Source of the DNA: Methanobacteriota archaeon
GTDB taxonomy: Archaea > Thermoplasmatota > Thermoplasmata > RBG-16-68-12
Direction: 5' to 3'
DNA: 40,672 nt
NCBI GenBank assembly: GCA_005878385.1
Contig: VBMN01000074.1
Coordinates: 1 to 40,672 of the forward strand
Shown: positions 26,985 to 36,079 of the stretch, piece after piece
Position numbering within the stretch: the stretch's first letter is position 1
Layout of the letters: the number at the start of each line of letters is the position of its first letter
Notes under the pieces: model-generated
What the model saw: the letters and a program-made list of their open reading frames with translations, nothing else
Databases searched by the model: none
What the model was told of the DNA's origin: nothing
Translations under genes and position numbers: made by a program

Positions 26985-27647
26985 CTAGATCCTCCGCATC
27001 CCGCGGACGATCCACTCTCCGACCGCCTTGGTCACGTATCGGACCGTCGCGCTCGCGCCTCGGTCTCGCCCTTGCGCCAATGTCTTTCCTTCGCCTAAGA
27101 TCTGGACCACGTCGTCCGGACGGAGCAAGCCCGCATCGATCACGGTTACCGCCCGGGCCACCTCGTCGAGGAAGTGGCTGTCGCTCCCGCCGGTTTGTCC
27201 GACGCCTCGCTCCCGGGCCAGGGCTTGGGCCCGCAAGTTCCCTCTCGCCAAGGTTCGGGCATTGAACGTCTCGTATGCGGCAAAGGGAGATTCTACCACC
27301 GCCGCTTCTCCGAGTCCCGACCAAAACCGGTAGGGATGAGCGGCGACGGCCACGCCACCAAGCGCCACGATCCGCTCCACCGTCTCCGTCACGGACATGT
27401 CTCGAGGGACGATCTGGCGGACGCCGTAGGCCAGCACGTGGCCGGACTTCGTGGAGACCTCGATGGCCGGAATCACGAGGAAATCGGACCCCGCGGCCTC
27501 TTCCGCCCTCGGGATGCCTCCGACCGCGTTGTGGTCGCTGATGGCCACGCCGGCCAGACCCGTGGCCTTGGCGCGGGCCACGAGCTCCGCCGGCACGACC
27601 CGCGAGTCCGGAGAGTACCGCGTATGGTTGTGCAGGTCCAATCGCAT
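26985..27647 (-). CDS. PHP-domain phosphoesterase
   Basis: DLHNHT..S.DS, ISDHN, EVST..GH, AHPY, GGSDSH; ATG 27647. Confidence 0.92.
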   Translation of the reverse strand: MRLDLHNHTRYSPDSRVVPAELVARAKATGLAGVAISDHNAVGGIPRAEEAAGSDFLVIPAIEVSTKSGHVLAYGVRQIVPRDMSVTETVERIVALGGVAVAAHPYRFWSGLGEAAVVESPFAAYETFNARTLARGNLRAQALARERGVGQTGGSDSHFLDEVARAVTVIDAGLLRPDDVVQILGEGKTLAQGRDRGASATVRYVTKAVGEWIVRGMRRI

Positions 27648-27730
27648 GGAGAAGTTCGCGGAACGGGCCGCCTCGCTTAAAGACTTGGGAGACGGAATTC
27701 CCGACGAGGACTTATCCTCCGACGCGGTCA

Positions 27731-28171
27731 TTGGGAAGCGTGACGGTCGACTTGCGAATGGGGTTCGTTCGAGACCGCATTCAGGTGGGGCCGAGCGAGT
27801 ATGTGGTACGACGCGGTCGGCAGGGCTGGCGGCATGTCGTCGATCCGCGGGGAAATGGCGGGAGGGTTCGCTACGACAGTTGGCGTGACCGGATCTTCAT
27901 CGAATCCCCGGTCGGGTCCCTTCAGATCCGGTTTCGGTGGCGGAATACGACCTTTCTCTGGCGAGGTCGCAGGTATCGGATCACGCCGATGATCTGGAGT
28001 CGCATCACGATCTTCGACGGGGATCGCCCCGTCGTGGACGCGCGATTGACATGGAGTGGCGTCCACCTTGAGTGCCTCGGTCCCGACTTTCAACCGATTG
28101 AGCGCGAACTCGCGATTGGGCTCGGCCAACGTGCTGTCGCGCTCACGATGGCCATGGCATCGGTCGGCTAG
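27731..28171 (+). CDS. Hypothetical protein (beta-rich with C-terminal helix)
   Basis: Fills the gap between two minus-strand genes; alternating-residue strands then hydrophobic helix; start uncertain (TTG 27731 or GTG 27740). Confidence 0.6.
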   Translation: MGSVTVDLRMGFVRDRIQVGPSEYVVRRGRQGWRHVVDPRGNGGRVRYDSWRDRIFIESPVGSLQIRFRWRNTTFLWRGRRYRITPMIWSRITIFDGDRPVVDARLTWSGVHLECLGPDFQPIERELAIGLGQRAVALTMAMASVG

Positions 28172-28175
28172 CGGA

Positions 28176-30308
28176 TCAGTGGACCCAGCTGCCTTCGTTC
28201 AGGTTCTTGTCCACGCGGACCGGGGTCCCCTCGACGGCCAGGGTGAGTTTCATCGCTCCATCGCGGCCGCGGAACTCGACCGTGCCGTCGGGGCCCACTT
28301 GGAACTTGTATTCTTGGAACTCGGAGAAGGGCAACGTCGGGGCCCCTTTGACGCCGAGGATCTGGGCGCCGACCGCGGCCTGTTCGGGCGGCATCAGGAG
28401 TCCAACGGTCGCCTGGTCCTCGGCCGCCAGCAGCATCCCGCGGCTCTCGACCCCCCGGAGCTTCGCCGGCTCCAGGTTGGCGAGGAGGGCGACCTTCCTC
28501 CCGCGCAGCTGGTCGATCGTGTAGTCCGTTCGAATGCCCGCGACGATCTGGCGGCGTTCGTCCCCCAGTTCTACCTGGAGGATGTACAGCTTGTCGGCGT
28601 TCGGATGCTCTTGCACATCCACGATCCGAGCCACCCGGACATCGAAGCGGTGGGTCGGGTCCGCGGCAGGTTCCTCGAGTTCGATCTTGGAGAAGAGCGG
28701 TTTGCCGACGCGAAGCCGCTGCCCTGCCGGCGCATCTTCCAAGGCGTCCTCCCACCGAGTCGCGTGGACGTCGGAATCGTATCCGAGGGCGTGCCACAAC
28801 CGCGAGGAACTGAAGGGCAGGAACGGGGCCATGAGGACGGCGAGGGCCCGGCTCACCCGCAGGGCGACATGGATCGCCGTGCCGCACGCGGCGCGGTCCG
28901 TCTTGATCAGATTCCAGGGCGCCTTCTGATCGACGTACTGGTTCCCGAGGCGGGCGAGTTGGATCGCCTCCTTCATCGCGTCCTTCAGATGCACGTACTC
29001 GAGATTATGACCGACTTTCTTCCATTGTTGCTCGATGGCGCGAATTATCGCCTTGTCCGATCGGTCGAGGAAGGCCGCGGGCGGAATCTCGTGGTTGAAG
29101 TTCTTGTCCGCGAACGTGAGGGCGCGATGGACGAAGTTCCCATAGACCGCGAGGAGTTCGCTGTTGTTCCGTCGCTCGAAGTCCTCCCATTCGAAGTCCG
29201 TGTCCTTCGTCTCCGGCATCGTCGCGATTCCGTAATACCGGATCTGGTCCGGGTCGAAACGTTCCAGGAGGTCGGGAAGCCAGACGCCCCTCCCTCTCCC
29301 CGCGCTCATCTTCTCGCCGGAGAAGTTCAGGAATTGGGTAGCGGGTACGTCGTACGGAAGGTCGAGTCCTTGGTCGTACCCGAGGAGAATCGCGGGCCAA
29401 ATGATGGTGTGGAACACGATGTTGTCTTTCCCGATGAAGTAGTAGTGGCGCGCCTCCGGATCGTACCAGAAGTCCTTCCATCCGTCGGGCTGATTGCGGC
29501 GGCGATACCATTCCTTCGTCGCGGTCAGGTAGCCCATCACGGCCTCGAACCAGACGTAGATGCGCTTGGATTCATATCCGGGGACCGGGACCTCGATGCC
29601 CCAGTCCAGGTCCCTCGTGATCGGTCGGTCCTTCAGGCCTTCGCGGAGCCAGCTGCGCATGAACGTGAGGACGTGGTGCCGCCAGTGTTCCTTGTCGTCC
29701 GCGGCCCATTTCGAGAGAGGTTTCTCGAAGGCGCTAAGGCGGAAGAAGAAATGCCTCGTCTCTTTCGGGATCGGCGTGGTCCCGTGGATCTTGCATTTCG
29801 GGTCCTTCAACTCGAAGGGATCCAAGATCCTCCCGCAGTTCTCGCACTGATCGCCTCGGGCTCTCGGAAAGCCGCAATGCGGACACGTCCCCTCCACGTA
29901 GCGGTCCGGGAGAAACCTCTGGTCCGTGGTGCAGAAGGGGGAGGTCATCGTCGCTTCGTAGACATGGCCCTTTTCCCGTAGGGAAAGGAAGATCTCTTGG
30001 ACCCACGCCTCGTGATGCGGATCCGCGGTGTTCCAGTACAGGTCGTAGCGGACGCCGAGTTGCTCGATGTTCTTCTCGTGCATCGCGTGGTAGCGCTCCG
30101 CGACGGCGCGCGGGGACACGCCTTCCCGATCCGCGAGGACCATCGTCGGCGTCCCGTGCATGTCGCTCCCGCCGACCATGAGGACCTGGTCTCCCTTCAT
30201 GCGGTGGTAGCGGGCGATGATGTCCGCGGGGATGAACGTCGAGATCGCATGTCCCAGGTGGCGCGGACCCGCCGCGTACGGCCATGCGACGCACACGAGG
30301 ATCTTCAT
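28176..30308 (-). CDS. metG: Methionine--tRNA ligase with C-terminal tRNA-binding (Trbp111-like) domain
   Basis: AWPY...HLGH, GSDMHGTP, Zn knuckles, ITRDLDWG, YVWFEA, IGKDNI.FH, KMSAG, HPNADKL...RQIVAGI. Confidence 0.97.
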   Translation of the reverse strand: MKILVCVAWPYAAGPRHLGHAISTFIPADIIARYHRMKGDQVLMVGGSDMHGTPTMVLADREGVSPRAVAERYHAMHEKNIEQLGVRYDLYWNTADPHHEAWVQEIFLSLREKGHVYEATMTSPFCTTDQRFLPDRYVEGTCPHCGFPRARGDQCENCGRILDPFELKDPKCKIHGTTPIPKETRHFFFRLSAFEKPLSKWAADDKEHWRHHVLTFMRSWLREGLKDRPITRDLDWGIEVPVPGYESKRIYVWFEAVMGYLTATKEWYRRRNQPDGWKDFWYDPEARHYYFIGKDNIVFHTIIWPAILLGYDQGLDLPYDVPATQFLNFSGEKMSAGRGRGVWLPDLLERFDPDQIRYYGIATMPETKDTDFEWEDFERRNNSELLAVYGNFVHRALTFADKNFNHEIPPAAFLDRSDKAIIRAIEQQWKKVGHNLEYVHLKDAMKEAIQLARLGNQYVDQKAPWNLIKTDRAACGTAIHVALRVSRALAVLMAPFLPFSSSRLWHALGYDSDVHATRWEDALEDAPAGQRLRVGKPLFSKIELEEPAADPTHRFDVRVARIVDVQEHPNADKLYILQVELGDERRQIVAGIRTDYTIDQLRGRKVALLANLEPAKLRGVESRGMLLAAEDQATVGLLMPPEQAAVGAQILGVKGAPTLPFSEFQEYKFQVGPDGTVEFRGRDGAMKLTLAVEGTPVRVDKNLNEGSWVH

Positions 30309-30528
30309 TCCGCCGGTCCAAGATGGGAGGTCCACTTAAATCATTCGTGAGACCGGTCGGGCTCGGGAGGACGGGGGCGGACTCGCTCCTGATTATCACA
30401 CCCAACAAGTCGTAACAAAGATGCTTTGGTCAAAAAGCACGATGCCCCGCCGTCCTATGGAGCGCGGTTCGACAATGATGCGTCCACGGTCGCGAGGGAG
30501 TGGTTCTCGCCGCGACGTCGACAGCATC

Positions 30529-31086
30529 ATGAAGTCGCTCGGGACCCTGCCGAGGATCCTCTGTTGGAAATGCCGACAGCTCACGTCCTTCGATCTGGAC
30601 CGTTGCCAACATTGCGGCTCCGCCTTCGCGGGCGGCACGGGAGGCGCGTACCGTTCGGGGCGCATTCCGACGTCCGATTCGTTCACACGAGCGGAGAACG
30701 AGTCGGGGATCCGACCACGGTCCCTCCGTGAGATTGTCGAGGACCTCCAACATGTGCGCGATCTAGCCTATTCCCCCAGGGAGCCTCCCCAAGACGAGGA
30801 GGTCTCCCTTCTTCTCTATCAGTGTCCGTCCTGCAGTCGGTTCGTGTCGCAGGCGTCCGAAGATTGCGCCTGCGGCGTCCGATTTGCCCCCGCCTCCGAG
30901 GTGACGTTCCAATGCCCGGAGTGCGCCTCGAGCGTGCCATCCGGCGAGGACTGGTGCCCCGTGTGCCGGGTCGAATTCCGAGCCGCGAGTCTGCGGGACC
31001 ATCTGGTCTATTCGTGCCCGCGGTGCGGGACGCAGGTCGACTCCGAGGCGATCCGGTGCTCGTGCGGCGCGTGGTTCGAAGACTGA
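30529..31086 (+). CDS. Multi-zinc-ribbon protein
   Basis: CWKC/CQHC then three tandem ribbons (CPSC..CACG, CPEC..CPVC, CPRC..CSCG); start uncertain. Confidence 0.75.
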   Translation: MKSLGTLPRILCWKCRQLTSFDLDRCQHCGSAFAGGTGGAYRSGRIPTSDSFTRAENESGIRPRSLREIVEDLQHVRDLAYSPREPPQDEEVSLLLYQCPSCSRFVSQASEDCACGVRFAPASEVTFQCPECASSVPSGEDWCPVCRVEFRAASLRDHLVYSCPRCGTQVDSEAIRCSCGAWFED

Positions 31087-31195
31087 CCCTGTCCAAGTAT
31101 CAGGGTTGAGAACTGTTGGAAAGATTCCTTATCTTGCCACCTCGTCGTTCCTTGGTCGACGGACCCACCCCCGCCGAAAGGAACCCTCACCCGAG

Positions 31196-31486
31196 ATGAA
31201 ACCGAAACGCCCACGGATCTCGAACCGGAAGACGTATTATCTGGTCCTCTGGTGGATGTCCCAGACGCCGTACGCGGCGATCTTCGAGAACGAAGTGGCG
31301 GCTGAGGCGGCGGCGAATGTCCGAAACGCCCTCATGGTGACGATCTCAGGTCGCGACGCTAAGGTGGATACCATTTTGGACTGGTACCGCCGGGACGAAT
31401 CGGGCCGACCGATGCCCGCGGAGTGGCGGGACCTCGTCGGTCAGATTCACGTGCCGTGGCTCGCGAAGCCCAAGGCCGCCGTCTGA
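31196..31486 (+). CDS. Hypothetical protein
   Basis: Protein-like composition, GC-rich third positions, co-oriented with neighbours; ATG 31196. Confidence 0.6.
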   Translation: MKPKRPRISNRKTYYLVLWWMSQTPYAAIFENEVAAEAAANVRNALMVTISGRDAKVDTILDWYRRDESGRPMPAEWRDLVGQIHVPWLAKPKAAV

Positions 31487-31618
31487 TCGCGCGATCCGAG
31501 GGACGCCCCAGCCGGCCCACCCGCCGACTCGGGCTAAGGATCCCGATGGGGACTCTATCAAATCGGATAGAGAGGAAGAAACGACTATAGCCTCAGACCG
31601 CAGGAGCGGGTTGCCGCC

Positions 31619-32077
31619 ATGGCGCAATCGCAAGACGTCGTCGCGGAGTGTCCGACCTGCAAGGCGGTCGTGGCACTCGACGCGACGGAATGTCCGCAAT
31701 GCGGAGAATTGTTTGACCAGGGGGTCGCCACCGACAGCCCGGTCGGCGCGGACGCGCGCGGGGTGGACCGAAGTGCCAGCGAGGATTCCGCGGAGGAACC
31801 AAAGACCGGGTTCCGAGAGAAGTTCCTCTTCTACACCGGGATTTTCCTTATCCTGCTCGGTGGGCCTGGCATTGCTCTGGGGTCCTGGCTCCACGACGTG
31901 CTTCAGATTAGCGTCGGGGAGTTCCGTGCGTTCGACGTCTTCGGGCCCTGGAACCGGCTCGTCACCGCCATCGGACTCATTGTCCTCATCGTGGGAATCG
32001 TCTTCCTCATCCTGAGCCTCCGGTTTTCGCGTCCCTCGGACGTCGAGAAAGACCTCGATGCCCTCCGCGAATCGTGA
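31619..32077 (+). CDS. Zinc-ribbon membrane protein (two TMs)
   Basis: CPTC...CPQCG, acidic linker, two hydrophobic helices. Confidence 0.75.
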   Translation: MAQSQDVVAECPTCKAVVALDATECPQCGELFDQGVATDSPVGADARGVDRSASEDSAEEPKTGFREKFLFYTGIFLILLGGPGIALGSWLHDVLQISVGEFRAFDVFGPWNRLVTAIGLIVLIVGIVFLILSLRFSRPSDVEKDLDALRES

Positions 32078-32176
32078 CGATTGCAGGAGCGCTCCCTCCC
32101 TCGCCTATATCGTTATATACCGTACATCGCGATGCGAAAGAAGCCGGCGACGGGGGGTCGCCGCATGGAGTGGGGA

Positions 32177-32398
32177 ATGGCGTATTCAGGGTCTGGCCTC
32201 CGACCTTCGAACGTACCGGTAGAAGAAGGGAAGGTCTACGAGGCCAAGATCGAGGATATCGGACGCGAGGGCGATGGACTCGCACGGATCCAGAACTTCG
32301 TCGTGTTCGTCCCAGGGACGAAGGTCGGGGATCAGGTGAAGATCCGGATCACGAAGGTCCACCGCCGCATGGCCTTCGGAGAAGTCCTCAAGGAATGA
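32177..32398 (+). CDS. Single TRAM-domain RNA chaperone
   Basis: PVEEGKVYEAKIEDIGREGDGLARIQNFVVFVPGTKVGDQVKIRITKV...AFGEV. Confidence 0.93.
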   Translation: MAYSGSGLRPSNVPVEEGKVYEAKIEDIGREGDGLARIQNFVVFVPGTKVGDQVKIRITKVHRRMAFGEVLKE

Positions 32399-32537
32399 TG
32401 CGGCACGGTCCGGGGGAGGCGCGCATGGCACCAGCGGCAGCCGCGCGCGGGTGACGGAGTCGAGGCGGGATCGCAGGCTTCGAAAACTGTAAAATAACTT
32501 CCTTATACCTGCGGAACCCCATCGACTCTTTAGGCCG

Positions 32538-33599
32538 ATGTCCATGGTTTTCACCCGCGCTGCCGCGATAGCTTTCGCGTCCTCTGCCGCCTTGGCTGTG
32601 GTGCTCGCGTCCTCCCTGGCCGTCGCGGACGGGACCGATTCGGACGGTGACGGGGTCTCGGACGGGCTCGAGGATGCGACCCAGCGGACCGTCGCCGCGA
32701 GCGCCGCGGGGGACGAATTCAGCGTGTCGAGCCACCTGGGAACCGCTGCCCTGGAGGACCAGTTTGATCTGTCATACCATGCGGGGACGTTCGAGGTGGC
32801 CTACAGCCGGACCGATGGGATTGGCAGCTCCTACGAGCTTAACCTCCTGAATCTGATCGCATGGAAGGACGGGAACGGCAACGGTCGGATCGACAACGGA
32901 GAGATCGTCCGGACGACGGCCTTGGGCAGCGCCGCCTTCGGCAACGCCCCGGTCCTCGCGTCGAATTGGACCGACACCGACGGAGGCCGTGTCTTCGAGT
33001 TCCTTGTTCAGAGCCGCGACGGCAACGCCACCCTGAACATCACCGTCGCGCAGCGCTTCGAGCGCATCGACACCATCGTGCTCACGCCGATGGAAGCGAG
33101 ATTGGACATTCGGATCAAGCCGGCCGTGGTTCCACCGGGTGCGAACCTCGGCCTCGAATTCCGCATGGACACACACGAACGGGTGCTCCTCGAGGACCAC
33201 AGTTGGGACGAGGTGCAAGGCTTCGCCCCGAATGAAAAGGAGATCAATGTCACCGCGAGCGGTCGAGGCCATTCGTCGACCGTGTTCTTCTCCTGGTCCA
33301 ACACGGTCCTTGCGGACGGCAGCGGGATCCCGGTCGCACTCTTAGGCGGGCCCTTCGAGCCCGGTCCGTACAACCTGACCCTCAATTACGCCTTCGGATC
33401 TTCCACGCCGAGCAACACGATCCTTCAGCACGCGACGCTCGGGGTGCGCAGCGCCCTCTTCGACATCCGTCGAGCCACGGAGCCGAGTTCCGGACCCCAA
33501 GGCGATTTCGTCCTCTACGCGGCGACTCTCGCTGGTGTGACCGCCTTCGTGGCGGTGACGATCGTCCTCGCAAATCGCCGCACGAGCCGCAAGCCTTAA
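32538..33599 (+). CDS. Secreted, C-terminally anchored surface protein with Ca-binding-like Asp motifs
   Basis: N-terminal signal-like segment, DSDGDGVSDGLE and DGNGNGRID, beta-rich core, C-terminal TM plus RRTSRK. Confidence 0.75.
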   Translation: MSMVFTRAAAIAFASSAALAVVLASSLAVADGTDSDGDGVSDGLEDATQRTVAASAAGDEFSVSSHLGTAALEDQFDLSYHAGTFEVAYSRTDGIGSSYELNLLNLIAWKDGNGNGRIDNGEIVRTTALGSAAFGNAPVLASNWTDTDGGRVFEFLVQSRDGNATLNITVAQRFERIDTIVLTPMEARLDIRIKPAVVPPGANLGLEFRMDTHERVLLEDHSWDEVQGFAPNEKEINVTASGRGHSSTVFFSWSNTVLADGSGIPVALLGGPFEPGPYNLTLNYAFGSSTPSNTILQHATLGVRSALFDIRRATEPSSGPQGDFVLYAATLAGVTAFVAVTIVLANRRTSRKP

Positions 33600-33635
33600 C
33601 GCCTTTCTCCGTTACGGTTCGCGGCGGTCTCCTTG

Positions 33636-33899
33636 GTGGCCATCGAGAACATCCTACTCGCAGCCGTCTCCGTCTTTGCGCTCGCCCTCACCCTCATCGC
33701 GGTCGTCGCATTCAGGCGAACCCGAGATGGACACCTCGTGTTCCTCGCGGCCGCGTTCGGCGTCTTCTTCCTGAAGGGTCTGCTCCTCACGATTTTCCTC
33801 TTCACACCGACCATCGACCTTCGACAGGCGTTCCTCCTGTCGGGCGCCCTCGACCTCGTGATCCTCGCCCTGTTCTACGGGTTCACGTTGCGGCGTTGA
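33636..33899 (+). CDS. Small three-TM membrane protein
   Basis: Three hydrophobic helices with AFRRTRD..L.FLAAAF..F; directly upstream of the wHTH regulator; GTG 33636 or TTG 33633. Confidence 0.75.
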   Translation: MAIENILLAAVSVFALALTLIAVVAFRRTRDGHLVFLAAAFGVFFLKGLLLTIFLFTPTIDLRQAFLLSGALDLVILALFYGFTLRR

Positions 33900-33906
33900 G
33901 CGGTGC

Positions 33907-34464
33907 ATGGCGTCCAAGGACGAAGGGATCCTGGCGGTCCAAACTCGAAGGGACCTCTACGATTTTGTCCGCCGGAACCCCGGATTTCACCTTCGTGAGC
34001 TGTCTCGCGCTCTCAATCTCTCGATCACCCTGGCGGACTATCACCTCCGGTTCCTCGAGAGACACGACCTGATCACGTCCTCGATGGACGGAGAGTACAA
34101 ACGGTTCTATCCGCGGTCCACGCCCGGACTCTCGGACTCCCGCCCCGCCCTGACCGATGCGGGTCGACAGATCCTCGCGTTCCTCCGCCAGCCCGTGCCC
34201 CTCCGCGTGATCAATTTTCTGATGGAGCGGGAGGATGCGACCCACAAGCAGATCTTGGAGCAAGTGTCGGTATCGCCGTCGACCCTCTCCCATCACCTGA
34301 AGAAAATGCAGGCGGCGGGAATCATCGACCGCGCGGAATTGAAGGAACGTGGGTATCGAGTCGTCGATCCAAAGACCGTCGCCCGCCTCATGACGACGTA
34401 CGAGCTCGCGACCTCAGACCAGGTGGACACGTTCATCCGCGTTTGGGGCGAGTTTCGGTTGTAG
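33907..34464 (+). CDS. Tandem winged-HTH transcription regulator (ArsR-like x2)
   Basis: TRRDLY..V..NPGFHLRELSRAL...YHLRFLE; second domain THKQI...SPSTLSHHLKKM. Confidence 0.88.
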   Translation: MASKDEGILAVQTRRDLYDFVRRNPGFHLRELSRALNLSITLADYHLRFLERHDLITSSMDGEYKRFYPRSTPGLSDSRPALTDAGRQILAFLRQPVPLRVINFLMEREDATHKQILEQVSVSPSTLSHHLKKMQAAGIIDRAELKERGYRVVDPKTVARLMTTYELATSDQVDTFIRVWGEFRL

Positions 34465-34506
34465 CACCGATCGGCGGCTCGTGGGCGCACGATTCCGGAC
34501 AGGCCA

Positions 34507-34974
34507 TCACATAATGCTGCGCAGGTCCTCAGCGACCCATTCGAGGAATTCCTTGTCCGTCGCTCCAAAGGCGTTCAGTTGATCCGAGTCGATGTCGATC
34601 TCCGCAAAGGGGGCGCCGTCCCGAAGGATTGGGACCACGATTTCGGCACGCGTGTTGATGAAGCACTGCAGGTATCGCGGGTCGGTGTTCACGTCCGGGA
34701 CGATCACGGTCGCCTTCTCCGCGACCGCGGCTCCGCAGATCCCCTCCCCGATTGGAATGCGGGCGTGTTGCGTCGCGCTGGGCCCCGACCACGAGACGAG
34801 GACAAGTTCGGGACCGTCGACCACGTAGATGCCGACCCAGGTGTAGTGCGGGATCTTCCGGAGTTCTCGGCAGACGAAATCCGTGATTGCCTTTCGCTGA
34901 CTGCCGGAGTGGATGATCTTCTGAAGGCGGGCGGCGACTTCGTCGTAGCTCACCTTGCCCTTCTCGCCCGCCAT
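34507..34974 (-). CDS. GAF-domain protein, free methionine-R-sulfoxide reductase-like
   Basis: WVGIY, RIPIGEGICG, VPDV..DP.YLQC, EIVVPI, IDIDS...AF; ATG 34974 after GGGGAGG. Confidence 0.8.
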   Translation of the reverse strand: MAGEKGKVSYDEVAARLQKIIHSGSQRKAITDFVCRELRKIPHYTWVGIYVVDGPELVLVSWSGPSATQHARIPIGEGICGAAVAEKATVIVPDVNTDPRYLQCFINTRAEIVVPILRDGAPFAEIDIDSDQLNAFGATDKEFLEWVAEDLRSIM

Positions 34975-35343
34975 GACCTCCCCGAACTTTCCGACGCCCT
35001 TCATGTCGTATTCCGCGGCGTCGAAGGGTCGGGTTCGCCATAAGCCTTGCGGAAGAAGGTGCAGAGTCGATTATCGCCCGTCATCTTGAGGCAGCTTCTG
35101 TGGAACCGAAAGGATCGCAAGCCCGACGTCGAGTCCGAACATGTTCTGTGAAAGCTTGAAATACTTCACCTTGATGAACCGCAACCGGCCCTCCAGAACG
35201 AACGCCGTTCTCATTTCTCGAAGGGGGGCGAAGGGCCTTCCCCCCTTTGCTCGGGGGGTCGGAGGACGCGCGATTCGAAAAGCTGACCACAGTTTTGAGC
35301 CGCATTCGAAAAACGTTTTATAGATTCGAGTTATTGTGGGAGT

Positions 35344-35403
35344 TGCTTAGACAAGCATCCCTCCACAACGAGGCCGTTCAGGATTCCTGGACGGCCCTTT
35401 TTT
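35344..35403 (+). ncRNA. Candidate small RNA (two hairpins, oligo-U end)
   Basis: TTTTATA at 35316-22; hairpin TGCTT/AAGCA; linker ATCCCTCC; 11-bp hairpin 35372-35396; T6; no plus-strand gene follows. Confidence 0.4.
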
Positions 35404-35429
35404 CCAGGGTTGATCGACCTCATTCTCGG

Positions 35430-36071
35430 CTAGGACATGGGTGGAAGCGAAATGTCTTTCGTATTGACTTTCACCCGGCGCCCCTCCACTTTGAGTCGTC
35501 CTTCCGCGAACAGGCGGACCGCGAGGGGAAGGAAGATGTGCTCCTGCTCCAAGATTCGCGCTGCGAGCGTCTCCTCCGTATCGTCCTCATGGACGGGGAC
35601 CGCTTTTTGAAGGATAATCGGTCCCCCGTCGATGGACGCATCGGTGAAATGGACTGTGCATCCGGTGACCTTGACCCCGGCCGCGAGGGCATCCCGTTGG
35701 GCGTGGGCCCCGGGGAAGGCCGGCAACAGTGAGGGGTGGATGTTCATGATGCGCATCGGGAATTGCCCAATGAAGTAGGTGGTCACGAGGCGCATGAACC
35801 CCGCGAAGACGACGAGGTCCGCCCGCTTCTTTCGCAGGACCTTCACGACCTCCCGTTCGAATGCGGTCCGGTCTTTCCCGAAAGGCCGATGGTCCACGAC
35901 GACGGCGGGGACACTCGCCTTCTTCGCCCTCTCGATCACTGGCGCTCCTGGGACGTTGCAGACGAGGACGACGATCTCCGCCGCCAGATCCCCGCGGTCG
36001 CGCGCGGCCACGAGGCTTTGGAAGTCCGTACCCCTCCCGGACGCGAGCACCCCGACGCGGAGACGGTCCAT
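35430..36071 (-). CDS. purN: Phosphoribosylglycinamide formyltransferase
   Basis: VLASGRG, AGFMR, NIHPSLLPAFPG, GCTVHF...DGGPIILQ. Confidence 0.96.
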   Translation of the reverse strand: MDRLRVGVLASGRGTDFQSLVAARDRGDLAAEIVVLVCNVPGAPVIERAKKASVPAVVVDHRPFGKDRTAFEREVVKVLRKKRADLVVFAGFMRLVTTYFIGQFPMRIMNIHPSLLPAFPGAHAQRDALAAGVKVTGCTVHFTDASIDGGPIILQKAVPVHEDDTEETLAARILEQEHIFLPLAVRLFAEGRLKVEGRRVKVNTKDISLPPMS

Positions 36072-36079
36072 CCGATCCC

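Noticed and set aside
28056-29981. 641-aa plus-strand ORF (similarly 2397..3935, 10920..12197, 25429..26715, 35861..37243)
   Set aside because: Antisense shadows of well-supported genes (metG, CBS protein, KaiC-like, rib genes, purH); expected in high-GC DNA and carry no recognisable motifs
35221-35247. G/C-run hairpin considered as an IS200/IS605 end or MITE
   Set aside because: Single copy, with no transposase, partner end or target duplication visible
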